This document shows positions 27,964-40,542 of a stretch of DNA of 64,000 nt, piece after piece (positions within the stretch are counted from its first letter, which is position 1; every line of letters starts with the position of its first letter). Source of the stretch: Squalus acanthias (lineage: Eukaryota); contig CM059431.1 in the NCBI GenBank assembly GCA_030390025.1, positions 139,440,001-139,504,000 of the forward strand, in the 5' to 3' direction. Both the position numbers and the translations under genes were made by a program. Below the pieces are notes generated by a model. That model saw nothing but the letters and a program-made list of their open reading frames with translations, had not been told where the DNA came from and searched no databases.

Positions 27964-30876
27964 CTGTGAACAGTAAGTCAGGGAGAGAAAGGCCATGTAC
28001 ATTACCCATGTGAATTTCAAACTATATTATTGCTGGGGATTACAGCATTTTAGATTTAGTTAACAACCATTTCAGTATAGCCTACTAATTCAGTGATTTA
28101 ACTCATTTGAGGCCTGTTTATTGGGGTTTCTATGTATTTCTGGTCAGTTTTTTGTTGCTGCGGTTTATACCCAATTCAGTTAGATTAAGTTATTTACCAA
28201 TGATTGATAGAGGCCTGGAGGGACCAGATAGAAACTCGCTGTGGAGACCAGAATAGGAGTCATAGTTAATTATTTAGAAGAGCTGATATATACTGAGAGT
28301 GGAAGTAGGCTCGGTGCTGTGGAAGTAGAAGAGAGATTTGGGGATACAGATTGAAAGGACATTAAAAGCAACACCTCAGGTTGAGAAATTGGGAAAGAAG
28401 CTGAGGAAATTCTAGGTTAAATCACGAGGTATAGAATATAAAACCCAAGAGGTAAGAATGAGCCTATATAAAATTTTAGTAAGTCCTCAGTTAGAATTAT
28501 GTGTTTAAATATTGAACGTTGGTGTTTCTTTGGTTAAAACAACGCAGATTGTGGGGCAATATGATAGAAGTTTTTACAATTATGAATCGGTGGGACAAGG
28601 TTGCTGGAGGTTGTAACTATCTGTGTTAGTTTAATAATGCCAAATGTGATACCCACTCGGAGGCAGCTTTGTGCCTATTGATAATTTGTGTAGTTAGTTG
28701 TTAGCAACAGTGTAGTGATGGGGCTCTATTGAAAATGTGAGTAATTATTTTCATTTAAAGATTAGTAATGGAGATCCGCCTAACTTTTCGTAATTTGAGT
28801 CGTTTCTTTATATGTAAAGATTAGTCTTGGAACGAAATTCACACAAACAAAGTAATTCAGTGTTAGATGGAGAGTGTGGATAAATTGTGGGTTTGTGTGC
28901 AGGCGGTGGTCATTAATTGAGGTGCTTAAAATGATAAAAGGATTCTATAGAGAAGATCCAGAGAGAGATTGTCTCTGGTGGTAGAATCCAGAACAAAAGG
29001 GGACATTATTAAAATTAGATCTAGGCTGTTCAGGTGTGAAATCAGGAAGCATTTAATCACACAAAGGGTAGTGGAAATGTGAATATCTCTCCTGCAAAAA
29101 GCTTTGGATTCTGTGTCAATTGAATTTTTAAAGAGAGATTTTTTATCAGGGAAGGGTATCAAGCGAAATGAATTCAAGGCAGGTAACAGCAGTTGAAGCA
29201 CAGATGAGTCATGATCTAATTAACTGGCAGAACGGGTTTGAGAGGTTGGATCGCCTCCGCCTGTTTCTATGTTCCTCCATTTAATCATCGGCTGGATGAT
29301 AATTTCCAGCATTTGTTCAATGTGAAGATTAACCGGAGTTTCTGGACAATGACTTCAGCATTGGAGGGTTTGAATACCCCCTTTAAACGGATGTGATTGG
29401 CTGATTTTTATTTAAGGCTGAGCTCCATCTGGCGTGAATTTCACAGAATTCCAGGCCAGTAAAGATCAGATAACCGGTGCGGGAGAATCGAGGGAAAACT
29501 TTGCAAAATATAGTTCAATAAAATCACACGGATTGTGTCCAGTCAGATTTAAACAGTGAGGCCCGAAACTTACTTGAGGTTTTATTTTAGGGTCGGTCAA
29601 AAGTTCAATAAAAGTGATTCTCTATCGATAGATTTTATATACAAATGTCCTGTAATTTCCGATTTCATGACCTGCTCAAACGCTAACCTGATGTGTTACA
29701 TGATGGCTCCTGGGCTGGCAGCTCCCTGGTCAGCACCTTTGCTGTGCTACTCAATCCTTGGCCATCCGTTGCCCTTTCTCCCCCAGTCTCCTCCCTTCCA
29801 CTGGTTAATTTCCCCTGGCTCTAATAGTTGGTGCATTTTATCCCTAAGTCGAAGTTAACTGCTAGTTTAAAGTTGCCTGGGTCAAATGCCCATCCCCCCA
29901 CCATGCCTGCTCTTTGGTTCTCTGAGTGCGCTCTGCACCTTTGCTCAAATTCAGCTTCCAAATTCCTGGTCTTCAACACTGCGCCTCTTTACTGGACTAC
30001 ACTGCAGTTCGCAGCTGCTGTGTCTCTGATCTGCTATTCAGTTGCTAAGTTTTACGGTAACTTTGTCTAGCCTACAGCCCATCCCCCACCGCCGCTGTTA
30101 CCTGTTGAGTTTGTGATTGTCCGAATGGTTTTTCAGCTTCAACTTGAGCCTGGTTTCTGTTCATAAATTCACTCTCTTGGGCCGAAGTCCACTTCTCTTC
30201 CGCCTCTGGATCTTATTCTGATCTCCAACTGCGACAACGTTTGTCTGCACCGCTATCGATTCTGCTCATCTCTCAACTCTTCACTCACATGGAAATACCT
30301 CCAGCAGTGCGTCCTCTGGTACTCTACCCTTTACACAGCTTCAGGACTCACTCACCCTCCACACCTGGCTCCGAACCTGGACATCATTCTATCAATGCTC
30401 CGAGCTGAGTCCACCCTACCTACGGCAACATATCCCATCGCGGGCCCTGTGACACTAACTCTGAGCTCCTTCCTATTGCCTCATCTCTATTCATCAACAT
30501 GCAACCAGGCCTATGTAACTTGAGTATCCTGTGTCCATTCGCCTGCGCATTTTGGCTGCCGCTCTGGACACAAGCCCATCCCTCCTACTTTCCTATTATC
30601 CTATTTTACTGTTCTTTTTACCCCTTCTAGACCCCTTCTCCAGTCGTCATGCCTCGTTTCATTTTTCCACTCTCGGGTACTCTTTACTCCCAGATCCCAA
30701 CCATAAACCTTCAGCACTCCTCGACCTTCCTACTCTCCTGTCGCTTCCCCAGGAAGCAATCGGTCTTAGAAAATCCTACAGCTTTCCTCTGTTTCCATCT
30801 TGGCCTCCTCTGAAGGGCACATCGAGGCCCTTGTCGCTGTCTCCTTACGAGCAGCAACATTAACTGTCTCGTCCTA

Positions 30877-31138
30877 GACAGTTTCCTAGAAGTAAAGGGA
30901 ATTAGGGGTTACGGGTAGCGGGCAGGAAATTGGACATGAGGCTGAGTTCGGATCGGTCGAGGCCCTGTGGGTGGCATAGCGGGCCCAGGGGCTGAGTGGC
31001 CGGGTCCTGCTCATACTTCTTGTGTTCTTTAGATTTGAGGTGAGGATCAGATCAGCCATGATCTTATTGAATGGCGGAGCAGGCTCGAAAGGCCGATTGG
31101 CCTACTCCTGCTCCTATTTCTTATGTTCTTATGTTCTT
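30877..31138 (+). mobile_element. Short CR1 3' insertion specific to copy 2
   Basis: ..FLEVKGIRGYG*RAGNW, CR1 3' UTR and (TATGTTCT)n tail; absent at the paralogous site near 16960; GTCCTA on both sides. Confidence 0.85.
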
Positions 31139-32007
31139 GTGTCCTACTTTCTCACCATCCTTCCCACCCAGAGCGCCCAAAGGGCAATAATCTTGCCGAG
31201 GTCATTCCCATCCCACTCTCCCCTCCCAATGCTGATCCTGTGGACTCTGCCACTGGATCATCTGTCACCGTCACTCTCCTCATCTCCCTCAGAATCTCCG
31301 TTCACTTGTCCACAAGGCCCTTGTAATCCTTGAGCTCATTGTGGATGATTGCATTGACATCATGGCCTTGACGGAAACCTGGCAATGGGGTGATGACACT
31401 TTTCCCCTTAATGAACTCTCTTCTCCCCGCCTGGTTATCCATTTCAACACGCACCCCACCCAAATCGGAATGGTGGCGGTGTGGCGCTCATCACCAAACT
31501 GCACCTTGGTCTGTCTCCCTACTCCACTGGCACCTTATCCTCCTTATTTCACACTTCTTGCCTCTCATTTAAAATCTTCATCCTCTACCGCCCACACAAG
31601 TAACACTCCAAATTTATGAGAGATATCTTTACTGGTTTCATCTCGCAGCCTCTGCACAGAGGGATTTCTCATCCTCGGTGATTTCAACCTCCATCTCAAC
31701 TCATATTGCTCTCTCTCCTCTGGGTTCACTGCTCTCCTATCCTTCCTTTATCTGTCCCTCCATCTAAACTACTCTAACCATATTCACGGCCACCACCTGA
31801 TGCTCGACATCTCACGTAGCCTCGCTACTCCAATCATGTCACTCACTAATAAAGACATCTCTGATCACTTCATTGTATGCTCTCCACTCACATTCCCTTT
31901 CCAGCTCCCAACGCTAATTCCTTCGCTGTCTGCCCCTGTAAAAACTCTCGCCCAATCACTTACAACTGCATTTCCAAAATCCCAACTGTTCACCCTTTTG
32001 TCCTGCA

Positions 32008-32430
32008 TTCAGGGAGCGGATGCGGGTGGAGAGGAGAGAGCGGAGGTCGTAGTTGAGACGGGGAGGAAATGAGGGAGGGGGAGAAGACAGGGGTGAGGAG
32101 ACGGTGGGGGGTAGAGACGGGGGCAGATGACGTCGGAACAGACGGGGAAGAAGGAGACGGAGAAAGATGGAAACGGTGGGTGAAGGAGACGTGGAGGAGC
32201 AAGGAGACGGAGTGGGAAGAAGGGGATGGGAGACAAAGACGACAGGGGACGAGGGAGACGGGGGAACAGGAAGAGGGGCGAATGGACATTACGGCGAGGA
32301 GACGGCGAAGTAGAAGAGGCATGGAGATGGAGAGCGAGGAGATGGGGTGCGAGGAAACAGGGGCGTGGAGACGGAGGGTGCGAGGAGCATGGCGAGGTGA
32401 GGAGACAGGGGGCGACGGGACAGGGAGACA
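32008..32430 (+). repeat. Purine-rich low-complexity repeat (GGAGACGG-like)
   Basis: Directly visible G/A tract with recurrent GGAGACG. Confidence 0.85.
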
Positions 32431-32431
32431 T

Positions 32432-33022
32432 ATATGCATCAGGGTCCTGCCAGGTGTGTATGGTGTTTCACTGTATATCAGGATCCTGCCAGATGTGTAT
32501 CGGTTTTCAAAGTGTATCAGGATCCTGCCAGGTGTGTATCGGTTTTCAAAGTGTATCAGGATCCTGCCAGGTGTGTATGGGGTTTCAGTGTGTATCAGGA
32601 TCCTGCCAGGTGTGTATGGTGTTTCACTGTGTATCAGGATCCTGCCAGGTGTGTATCGGTTTTCAAAGTGTATCAGGATCCTGCCAGGTGTTTATGGGGT
32701 TCCAATGTGTATCAGGATCCTGCCAGGTGTGTATCAGGTTCCACAGTGTATCGGACACCTGCCAGGTGTGTATGGGGTTTCACAGTGTATCAGGATTCTG
32801 CCAGGCATTTACGGGGTTTCATAGTGTATCAGGATCCTGCCAGGTGTGTATGGGGTTTGACAGTGTATCAGGATCCTGCCAGGTGTGTATGGGGTTTCAC
32901 AGTGTATCAGGATCCTGCCAGTAGTGTATGGGGTTTCACAGTGTATCAGGATTCTGCCAGGTGTGTATGGGGTTTCACAGTGTATCGGGATCCTGCCAGG
33001 AGTGTATGGGGTTTCCGTGTAT
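32432..33022. repeat. 39-bp minisatellite TGTATCAGGATCCTGCCAGGTGTGTATGGGGTTTCACAG, ~15 copies
   Basis: Directly visible; 13-aa periodic translation CIRILPGVYGVSQ. Confidence 0.95.
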
Positions 33023-33154
33023 AGGCATCATATGATGCACAGTGGACTTCACAGGACCGGCCATTGGTAAGATTTATGTACAGAGTGCAGGCCAACACCA
33101 GCATTATTCCTGTGTTAGAGAATATACTGAGCGAATTTTAAGCAGGTTTTTCAT

Positions 33155-34830
33155 TCATAAAACATAAGAACATAAGAAAAATGAGCAGGAGTAGGCCATT
33201 CGGCCCCTCGAGCCTGCTCCGCCATTCAATAAGATCATGGCTGATCTGACCTTGGCCTCAACTCCACTTTCCTGCCCGCACCCCATAACCCTTGATTCAC
33301 CTGTTTTTCGAAAAACTTCTCTGAACTGCCTCCAATGCAAGTATATCCTTCATTAAATAAGGAGACCAAATCTGTATGCAGTACTCCAGGTGTAGTCTCA
33401 CGAACGCCCTGTACAGTTGGAGCAAGACTCCCTACATTTATACTCCCTCCCTCTTGCAATACAGACCAATATTCAATTTGCCTTCCTAATTATTGCTGTA
33501 CCTGCATGCTAAACTGTTGTGTTTCATCTCCGAGACATCCAGATCCCTCTGTACCGCAGAATTCTGTAGTCTCTCTGCATTTAAATCATATTTTGCTTTT
33601 TATTGTTCCTAACAAAGTGGATAACCTCACATTTTCCCTCATTACACTGCATCAGCCAAATTTGTGCCCACTCACTTAACTATCTATATACCTTTGCAGA
33701 CTCTTTGTGTACTCCTCACAACTTGCTTTCCCACCTATCTTAGCATCGTCAGCAAATTTGGCAACAGTACACTCGGTTCCTTCATCCAAATCATTAAGAT
33801 AGATTGTAAATAGTTGAGGCCCCATCACTGATCCCTGTGGCACTTCACTAGTTACATTTTGCCAACCTGAAAATGACCATTTATTCCAAATCTCTGATTT
33901 ATTTCATTCAATCTAATATATTACCCCAATCCTCTATCCAATCTAATATATTACCACAACACCGTGAGTCCTTATCTTGTGCAGTAACCTTTTATGAGGC
34001 ACCTTATCGAATGCCTTCTGGAAATCCAAACACACTACATCAACTGGTTCCCCTTTATCCACCCTGTTTGTTACATCATCCAAGAACTCCAGCTAATTTG
34101 TCAAACACGATTTCCCTTTCATAAAAACATGTTGACTCTGCTTGATTGTATTATGATTTTCTAAATCTCCTGCTATTACTTCCTTAATAATGGATTCCCG
34201 CATTTTCCCGATGACAGATGTTAGGCTAACTGGCCTATAGTTTCCTGCTTTGTGTCTCCCTCCTTTCTTGAATCGAGTTACTTTTGCGGTTTTCCAATCC
34301 ACTGGGACCTCTACAGTATCCAGTGAATTTTGCTAGATTACAACCACTATCTCTGCAGCCACTACTTTTAAAAACCTAGGATGTAGGCCATCAGGTCCTG
34401 GGGACTTGTCATCCTTAAGTCCCATTAGTTTCCCTTGTAAATTTTCTCTGGTGATAGTGATTGTTTTAAGTTCCTCCCTCCCAATAGCCCCTTGATTCAC
34501 AAGTATTATTGGGATGCTTTTCATGTCTTCTACCGTGAAGTCCGTCAAAAAAAAATATTTGTTCAAAGTCTCTGCCATTTCCCTGTTCCCCATTATTAAT
34601 TCCCCAGTCTCATCATCTAAGAGACCAACCATTACTTTAGCTACTCTCCTCTTTTTATATATCTGTAGAAGCTCTTAGTGTCTGTTTTTATATTTTTTGC
34701 TACTTTACTCCCATAATCTGTGTTCTCCCTCTTAATTATTTTTTTAGTCATCCTTTGTAGGTTTCTAAAACAAAACCCAATCCTCTGGCCTACCACTAAT
34801 CTTTGCAACATCGTATGCTTTTTCGTAAGA
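33155..34830 (-). mobile_element. CR1 LINE with internal deletions
   Basis: Tail (CATAAGAA)n near 33160; ORFs 34093-34302 (GNYRPVSLTSVIGK..KGKSCLTN) and 34333-34632 (KSPGPDGLHPR). Confidence 0.9.
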
Positions 34831-34844
34831 ACAAATTAAAATAA

Positions 34845-35995
34845 TAAGTAAGAGAACGGCCCCTCGAGCCTGCTCCACCATTCAATGAGATCATGGCTGA
34901 TCATCGACCTCAACTGCACTTTCCCGCCCGTTTGCCATATCCCTTGATCCCCCCAGAGTCCAAAAATCTATCTATCTCAGCCTTGAATATACTCAAAGAT
35001 TCAGCATGCACAGCCATCTGGGGAAGAGAATTCCAAAGATTCGCAACCCTCTGAGTGACAAAATTCTTCCTCATATCAGTCTTAGATGTCCTACCCCTTA
35101 TCCTGAGAATAAGCACCCTAGTTCTAGACACTCCAGCCAGGCGAAACAACCTCTCAGCATCCACCCTGTCAATCCCCTTCAGAATCTTGTATGTTTCAAT
35201 GAGATCACCTCTCATTCTTCTAAACTCCAGAGAGTATCGGCCCATTCTACACAATCTCTCATAATAGGACAGCCCTCTCATCCCAGGAATCAATCTAGTG
35301 AGCCTTCGTTGCACTGCCTCCAAGGCAAGTAAATCCTTCCTTAGATTAGGGCACCAAAACTGTGCACAGTTCTCCAGGTGTGCTCTCACCAAGGCTCTGT
35401 ACAATTGTCGCAAGACTTGGTTACTCTTATTCTCCAACCCTCTTGCAATAAAGGCCAAAATGCCATTTGCCTTCCTTATTGCTTGCTGTACGACAATGCT
35501 AGCTTTCTGTGTTTCTTGCACGAGGACACCCAAATCTCTCTTAACATCAACATTTGAAAGTTACACACAATTTAAAAAATATTCGGTTTTTCTATTCTTC
35601 CTACCCAAAGTGAATAACCTCACATTTCCCTAAATTATGCTCCAGCTGCCACCTTACTTAACTTACTTAACTACATTCACTTAAGATATATATATCCCTT
35701 TGCAGACTCATTGTGTTCTCCTCACAGCTTACTGTCCCACCTAGCTTTTTATCATCAGCAAAATGTCCATCAATTTCATAACATCCTTAACTTCCTTAGT
35801 TAGCCACGGATGTTTCATCTTTCTCATAGAGTATTTCTTTCTCACTGGCATAAACCTTTGCTGAGAATTATGACATTTCTCCTTAAATGTCTGCCACTAC
35901 TTTTCTACCGATTACCCTTTAATCTATTTTCCCGGTCCACATTCGCCAATTCTGTCTTCATAGCTTTGTAATTGCCTTTATTTAAGTTCAAGAAT
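34845..35995 (-). mobile_element. CR1 LINE 3' portion plus an upstream ORF2 fragment
   Basis: ORF 34910-35533 is the CR1 ORF2 C-terminus (LYRALVRAHLE..SLEFRRMRGDLIETYKIL); 3' UTR at 34855-34910. Confidence 0.9.
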
Positions 35996-36268
35996 TAACT
36001 GATCCTCCATTCGGTTTCACACTGTCTTGTGGTGTTTTGTTGTTTTTCTTGACAGATTTATGTTGCATATTTTTGATTTGTTGAGTTTTGATATTAAATT
36101 ATTTTAATTTATGATTGCGATTGTTATCCACTCACTATATATAGCTGGATGTGATCCCTCTGGTCATATAGGCAGTGACATTGCCCGTGCGTTCATGGAG
36201 ATGTGTCCTGCTTGGTGCTTCTATTTGAATATAGTCACCATATCTCTCATGGTGTCAGCACCTGACTA

Positions 36269-38458
36269 ATGAGCACTGTAGGAGGTAACGAAATGGAGAG
36301 CGAAGAAATTGACTCAGATACTAAGGTCCTGAATTTAAACAAGGGGAATTATGATGCCATTAGACGGGAACTGAGTAGGTCTGATTGGACAACGTTCCTG
36401 GGAGGACTGGAGGTAGATAAACAATGGCAAGCATTTAAAGATAGAATGACAAAATTGCAAAAATTGTTTATACCAATCTGGCATAAAAGGAAATCTAAAA
36501 AGGTGACTCAACCGTGGATAACAGGAGAAATTAGAGACAGCATAAAATCCAAAGATAGGGCGTATAAAATAGCCAAAAAAAGCGCCAGAGCGGAAGATTG
36601 GGAACAGTTTAAGATAGAGCAAAGGAGGACAAAGGGCTTAATCAAGAGGGGCAAAATAGCTTACGAAAGCAAGCTGGCGGAAAATATAAAAACTAACTCC
36701 AAAAGCTTTTATAAGTATATCAAGAGGAAAAGACTGGTGAAAACCAAAGTTGGCCCATTGCAGTCAGATACGGGGGAATATATAACGGGAAATAAGGAAA
36801 TGGCAGACCAACTAAATGCATACTTTGGGTCAGTCTTTACGAAGGAAGACACAAAAAACCTCCCTGGGATATCGGGAAAAATAGGGACATTTGCAAAGGA
36901 GGAACTGACGCAAGTCAATATCTCTAAGGATATGGTGTTAAGGAAGCTAAAGGGATTGAAGGCGGACAAATCCCCAGGGCCTGATAACATGCATCCTAGG
37001 GTACTGAAGGAGGTGGCCCTAGAGATAGCGGATGCACTAAGTATGATTTTTCAGAATTCATTAGACTCGGGAACAGTGCCCATGGATTGGAGGGTAGCTA
37101 ACGTTACCCCACTATTCAAAAAGGGGGGTAGGGAAAAAGCAGGTAATTACAGACCTGTAAGCCTTACATCAGTTGTGGGCAAAATGCTGGAGTCCATCAT
37201 TAAGGATGAAATAGCGGAGCACTTAGCAAATGGGGACAGGATAGGACAGAGTCAACATGGATTTACAAAGGGTAAATCGTGCTTGACTAATCTATTGGAA
37301 TTTTTTGAGGGAGTAACTGGTAAAATAGATGGGGGAGAGCCAGTAGATGTGGTGTACCTGGACTTCCAAAAGGCCTTCGATAAGGTCCCACATAAAAGAT
37401 TAGCAGGGAAAATTGAAGCTCATGGGATAAAGGGGAAAGTATTGACGTGGATAGAGAACTGGCTGTCAGATAGAAAACAGAGAGTTGGAATAAACGGCTC
37501 ATTTTCTGAATGGCAGGCAGTAACAAGTGGGGTACCACAGGGATCTGTCCTGGGTCCCCAGCTGTTCACAATTTACATTAATGACCTGGATCAGGGAGTC
37601 GGATGCAGCATTTCCAAATTTGCAGACGACACTAAACTAGGAGGGGGGGTGGGCTCAGAGGAGGAGACCAGGAAGCTCCAGAGCGATTTGGACAGACTGG
37701 GTGATTGGGCGGATAAATGGCAGATGCACTATAATGTGGACAAGTGCGAAGTTATCCACCTTGGGTGCAGGAACGGGAGGGCAAATTATTATTTAAATGG
37801 CAATAAATTGGGAGAGGGGGAAGTACAGAGAGACCTGGGTGTTCTTGTACACCAGTCACTGAAGGCGAGCATGCAGGTGCAACAGGCGATCAAGAAGGCA
37901 AACGGTATGCTGGCCTTCATAGCAAAAGGGTTGGAATACAGGAACAGGGATACCTTGCTGCAGCTGTACAGGGCACTGGTGAGACCACACCTCGAGTACT
38001 GTGTACAGTTTTGGTCGCCTCATCTGAGGAAAGATGTTCTTGCCATGGAGGGGGTGCAGCGGCGATTCACCAGGCTGATACCAGGAATGGCGGGATTGAC
38101 CTATGAGGAGAGACTATGTAGTTTAGGGATGTACACACTGGAGTTTAGAAGATTGAGAGGGGACCTCATAGAAGTGTATAAAATTCTGACAGGTCTAGAC
38201 AGACTAGATGCAGAAGGAATGTTTCCCTTGGCGGGTGAGAACAGAACTAGAGGACATAATTTAAGGATAAGGGCTAAACCATTTAGGACAGAAATGAGGG
38301 GGAATTTCTTCACTCAGAGGGTGGTGAACCTGTGGAACTCATTGCCACAGAGGGCAGTGTACGCCAGCTCATTAAATATATTTAAGAGGGAATTAGATGT
38401 ATTTCTACAGGCAAAAGGGGTTAAGGGTTACGGAGAGAAGGCGGGGACGGGATACTGA
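36269..38458 (+). CDS. CR1 ORF2 reverse transcriptase, N-terminally truncated (no endonuclease domain), 729 codons open
   Basis: KSPGPD, NYRPVSLTS, QHGFTKGKSCLTNL, YLDFQKAFDKVPH, SGVPQGSVLGP, KFADDTKL, LYRALVRPHLEYC; the ATG at 36269 probably lies in flanking DNA. Confidence 0.9.
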   Translation: MSTVGGNEMESEEIDSDTKVLNLNKGNYDAIRRELSRSDWTTFLGGLEVDKQWQAFKDRMTKLQKLFIPIWHKRKSKKVTQPWITGEIRDSIKSKDRAYKIAKKSARAEDWEQFKIEQRRTKGLIKRGKIAYESKLAENIKTNSKSFYKYIKRKRLVKTKVGPLQSDTGEYITGNKEMADQLNAYFGSVFTKEDTKNLPGISGKIGTFAKEELTQVNISKDMVLRKLKGLKADKSPGPDNMHPRVLKEVALEIADALSMIFQNSLDSGTVPMDWRVANVTPLFKKGGREKAGNYRPVSLTSVVGKMLESIIKDEIAEHLANGDRIGQSQHGFTKGKSCLTNLLEFFEGVTGKIDGGEPVDVVYLDFQKAFDKVPHKRLAGKIEAHGIKGKVLTWIENWLSDRKQRVGINGSFSEWQAVTSGVPQGSVLGPQLFTIYINDLDQGVGCSISKFADDTKLGGGVGSEEETRKLQSDLDRLGDWADKWQMHYNVDKCEVIHLGCRNGRANYYLNGNKLGEGEVQRDLGVLVHQSLKASMQVQQAIKKANGMLAFIAKGLEYRNRDTLLQLYRALVRPHLEYCVQFWSPHLRKDVLAMEGVQRRFTRLIPGMAGLTYEERLCSLGMYTLEFRRLRGDLIEVYKILTGLDRLDAEGMFPLAGENRTRGHNLRIRAKPFRTEMRGNFFTQRVVNLWNSLPQRAVYASSLNIFKRELDVFLQAKGVKGYGEKAGTGY

Positions 38459-38558
38459 ATTGGAGGATCAGCCATGATCTCCTTAAATGGCGGAGCAGGC
38501 TCGAAGGGCCGGATGGCCTACTCCTGCTCCTATCTTCTATGTATCTATGTATCTATGT
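36285..38558 (+). mobile_element. Young 5'-truncated CR1 LINE with (TATCTATG)n tail
   Basis: Uninterrupted ORF2 remainder, 3' UTR 38459-38535, tail tatgtatctatgtatctatgt. Confidence 0.95.
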
Positions 38559-38867
38559 ACCGCTGTTCCACTAATATTAACACTAATGTATAATGTTATG
38601 TACCATGTAAATTTAAAGAGTGAGGTGATGCACAGCATTAATTAGTGGAATATTGTGGAGTCTTGCAACAAGAAAAAACGCAATAAATTGACAAGTGGTA
38701 GATTTAACTGCTGTTTTACAGTGAATATTCTCCATTTGTGCGCGTGTCACGCTGTGTGTGTGCCCAAACATGAGCGTCCAATCAAACTCTCAGTCAGCGT
38801 TCTTTCATTTACCCACTGTGGAAACGTAAAAGTGATTCAGTCTCGGATCAGTAATTTTTCCAAACTA

Positions 38868-39308
38868 TATAGAAACATAGAAACTAGGAGCAGGAGTAGG
38901 CCATTCGGCCCGTCGAGCCTGCTCCACCATTCAATACGATCATGGCTGATCATCCAAATCCAGTACCCTGTCCCTGCTTTCCCACACAGAATCCCCATCA
39001 AGCCTGCACCGACACATATCCCACCCGATCCCCGTAACCCCACGTATTTAATTCCCCCTAACATATCCCATCCTATCCCCGTAACACCACATATTTAATC
39101 CCCCCCTAACACTAAGGGTCAATTTATCATAGCCAAATCAACCGAACCCGCACATTTTTGGACTGTGGGAGGAAACCGGAGCACCCGGAGAAAACCCACG
39201 CAGACACGGGGAGAATGTGCAAACTCCACACAGACAGTCACCCGAGGCCGGATTCGAACCCGGGTCCCTGGCGCTGTGAGGCACCAGTGCTAACCACTAT
39301 GCCACCGT
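38868..39308 (-). mobile_element. V-SINE / HE1-type tRNA SINE with CR1-derived 3' tail
   Basis: Minus strand: GGTGGCATAGTGGTTAGCAC (A box), GGTTCGAATCC (B box), V-domain TGTGTGGAGTTTGCACATTCTCCCCGTGTCTGCGTGGGTT..CCGGTTTCCTCCCACAGTCCAAA, CR1 3' UTR and (TATGTTTC)n tail. Confidence 0.9.
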
Positions 39309-39841
39309 AGTGGAAGTTATTCCCTGGCATTAATATATAACCAAGTTGGAGACCTTGCGAACGTCAGGTATCTGCTGTTTCACTCAGGCTGACATTAGTA
39401 TAATCAACACACAACAAAAACAACTTGCATTTCCTCAGCGCTTTAAACATTGAAAAACATCACCGGGCGCTTCACACGAGCCGAATCAGTCAAATGATGG
39501 GCGCAAAATAAAGGAGGGTGAGGGCTGCTCACAATGTTGTCCAAAGAAGTGAGTCTCAGGAGGGAATTTGAAGGGAGGAGAAGGAGCTGGAGAGGCTGAG
39601 GTGGGGAATTGCAGAGCAGAGAGCCTGGACAGCTGAAATCACGGCCGCCATAGAAAGGATGAGGAGATGGTGAAATGCACAACAGAACAGAGACAGAGGA
39701 ACAGAGAGATCTTGGAGGTGGGGGCTTGTAGGGCTGGAGGAGTTTCCAGAGACAGGGAGGGTCAAGACCTTTGCAGTTTGTAACTTGCCTTTTCAATGAC
39801 CATTATAGTTCAACAATGTTTCCTTTAAGCTAACGATCCAA

Positions 39842-40500
39842 CACCCCGCTGATGCAGCCTCACACCGGCACAGCACTGAACCAGTCACACACTGCCATCC
39901 ACTGACCCAGCTGCACACCCCAGTGACCCAGCCGCACACCTACACCCCACCGGCCCAGCCCCATATCCCACTGACCCAACCCCACACCGACACCCCACTG
40001 ACCCAAACCACAGCGACACCCCACTGACCCAGCCCCACACCGACACCCCACTGACCAAGCCCCACACCCCACTGAGCCAGTCCCACACCCCACTGACCCA
40101 GCCCCAACCGAGACCCCACTGACCCAGCCCCACACCACACTGACCCAGTCCCACATCCCACTGAAAAAGCCTCACACAGACACCCCACTGACCCAACCCC
40201 ACACAGGCACCCCACTGACCCAACCCCACACAGACACCCCACTGACCCAGCCCCACACCCCACTGAGCCAGTCCCACACCCCACTGACCCAGCCCCAAGC
40301 GAGACCCCACTGACCCAGCCCCACACCCCACTGACCCAGTCCCACATCCCACTGAAAAAGCCTCACACAGATACCCCACTGACCCAGCCCCATACCCCAC
40401 TGACCCAGCCCCACACAGGCACCCCACTGACCCAGCCCCGAACCGCACTGACCCAGCCCCACACAGACACCCCACTGACCCAGCCCCACAGCGGCACCCT
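39842..40500. repeat. C-rich minisatellite array 3, 21/27-bp units, ~0.65 kb
   Basis: Same CCCCACTGACCCAGCCCCACA core as array 1. Confidence 0.95.
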
Positions 40501-40542
40501 ACTGAAATGTTACATTGCTAAAAGTAGTAAACTCCTCCTTAC

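Larger units (their letters stand above)
18952..32005. repeat. Segmental duplication module, copy 2 (promoter and exon 1 deleted)
   Basis: Homologous to copy 1 on both sides of the array; the junction near 28825-28830 skips ~13748-15030 of copy 1. Confidence 0.85.

Noticed and set aside
32069..33024. 250-aa ORFs with a charged N-terminus and 13-aa repeats
   Set aside because: Low-complexity tract plus 39-bp minisatellite, open in all three frames
39230..39308. tRNA gene
   Set aside because: The A/B boxes belong to a SINE head followed by a V-domain and CR1 tail
1834..40500. True immunoglobulin switch locus
   Set aside because: No Ig constant or variable exons seen and AGCT motifs are sparse; only the strand asymmetry and layout resemble it
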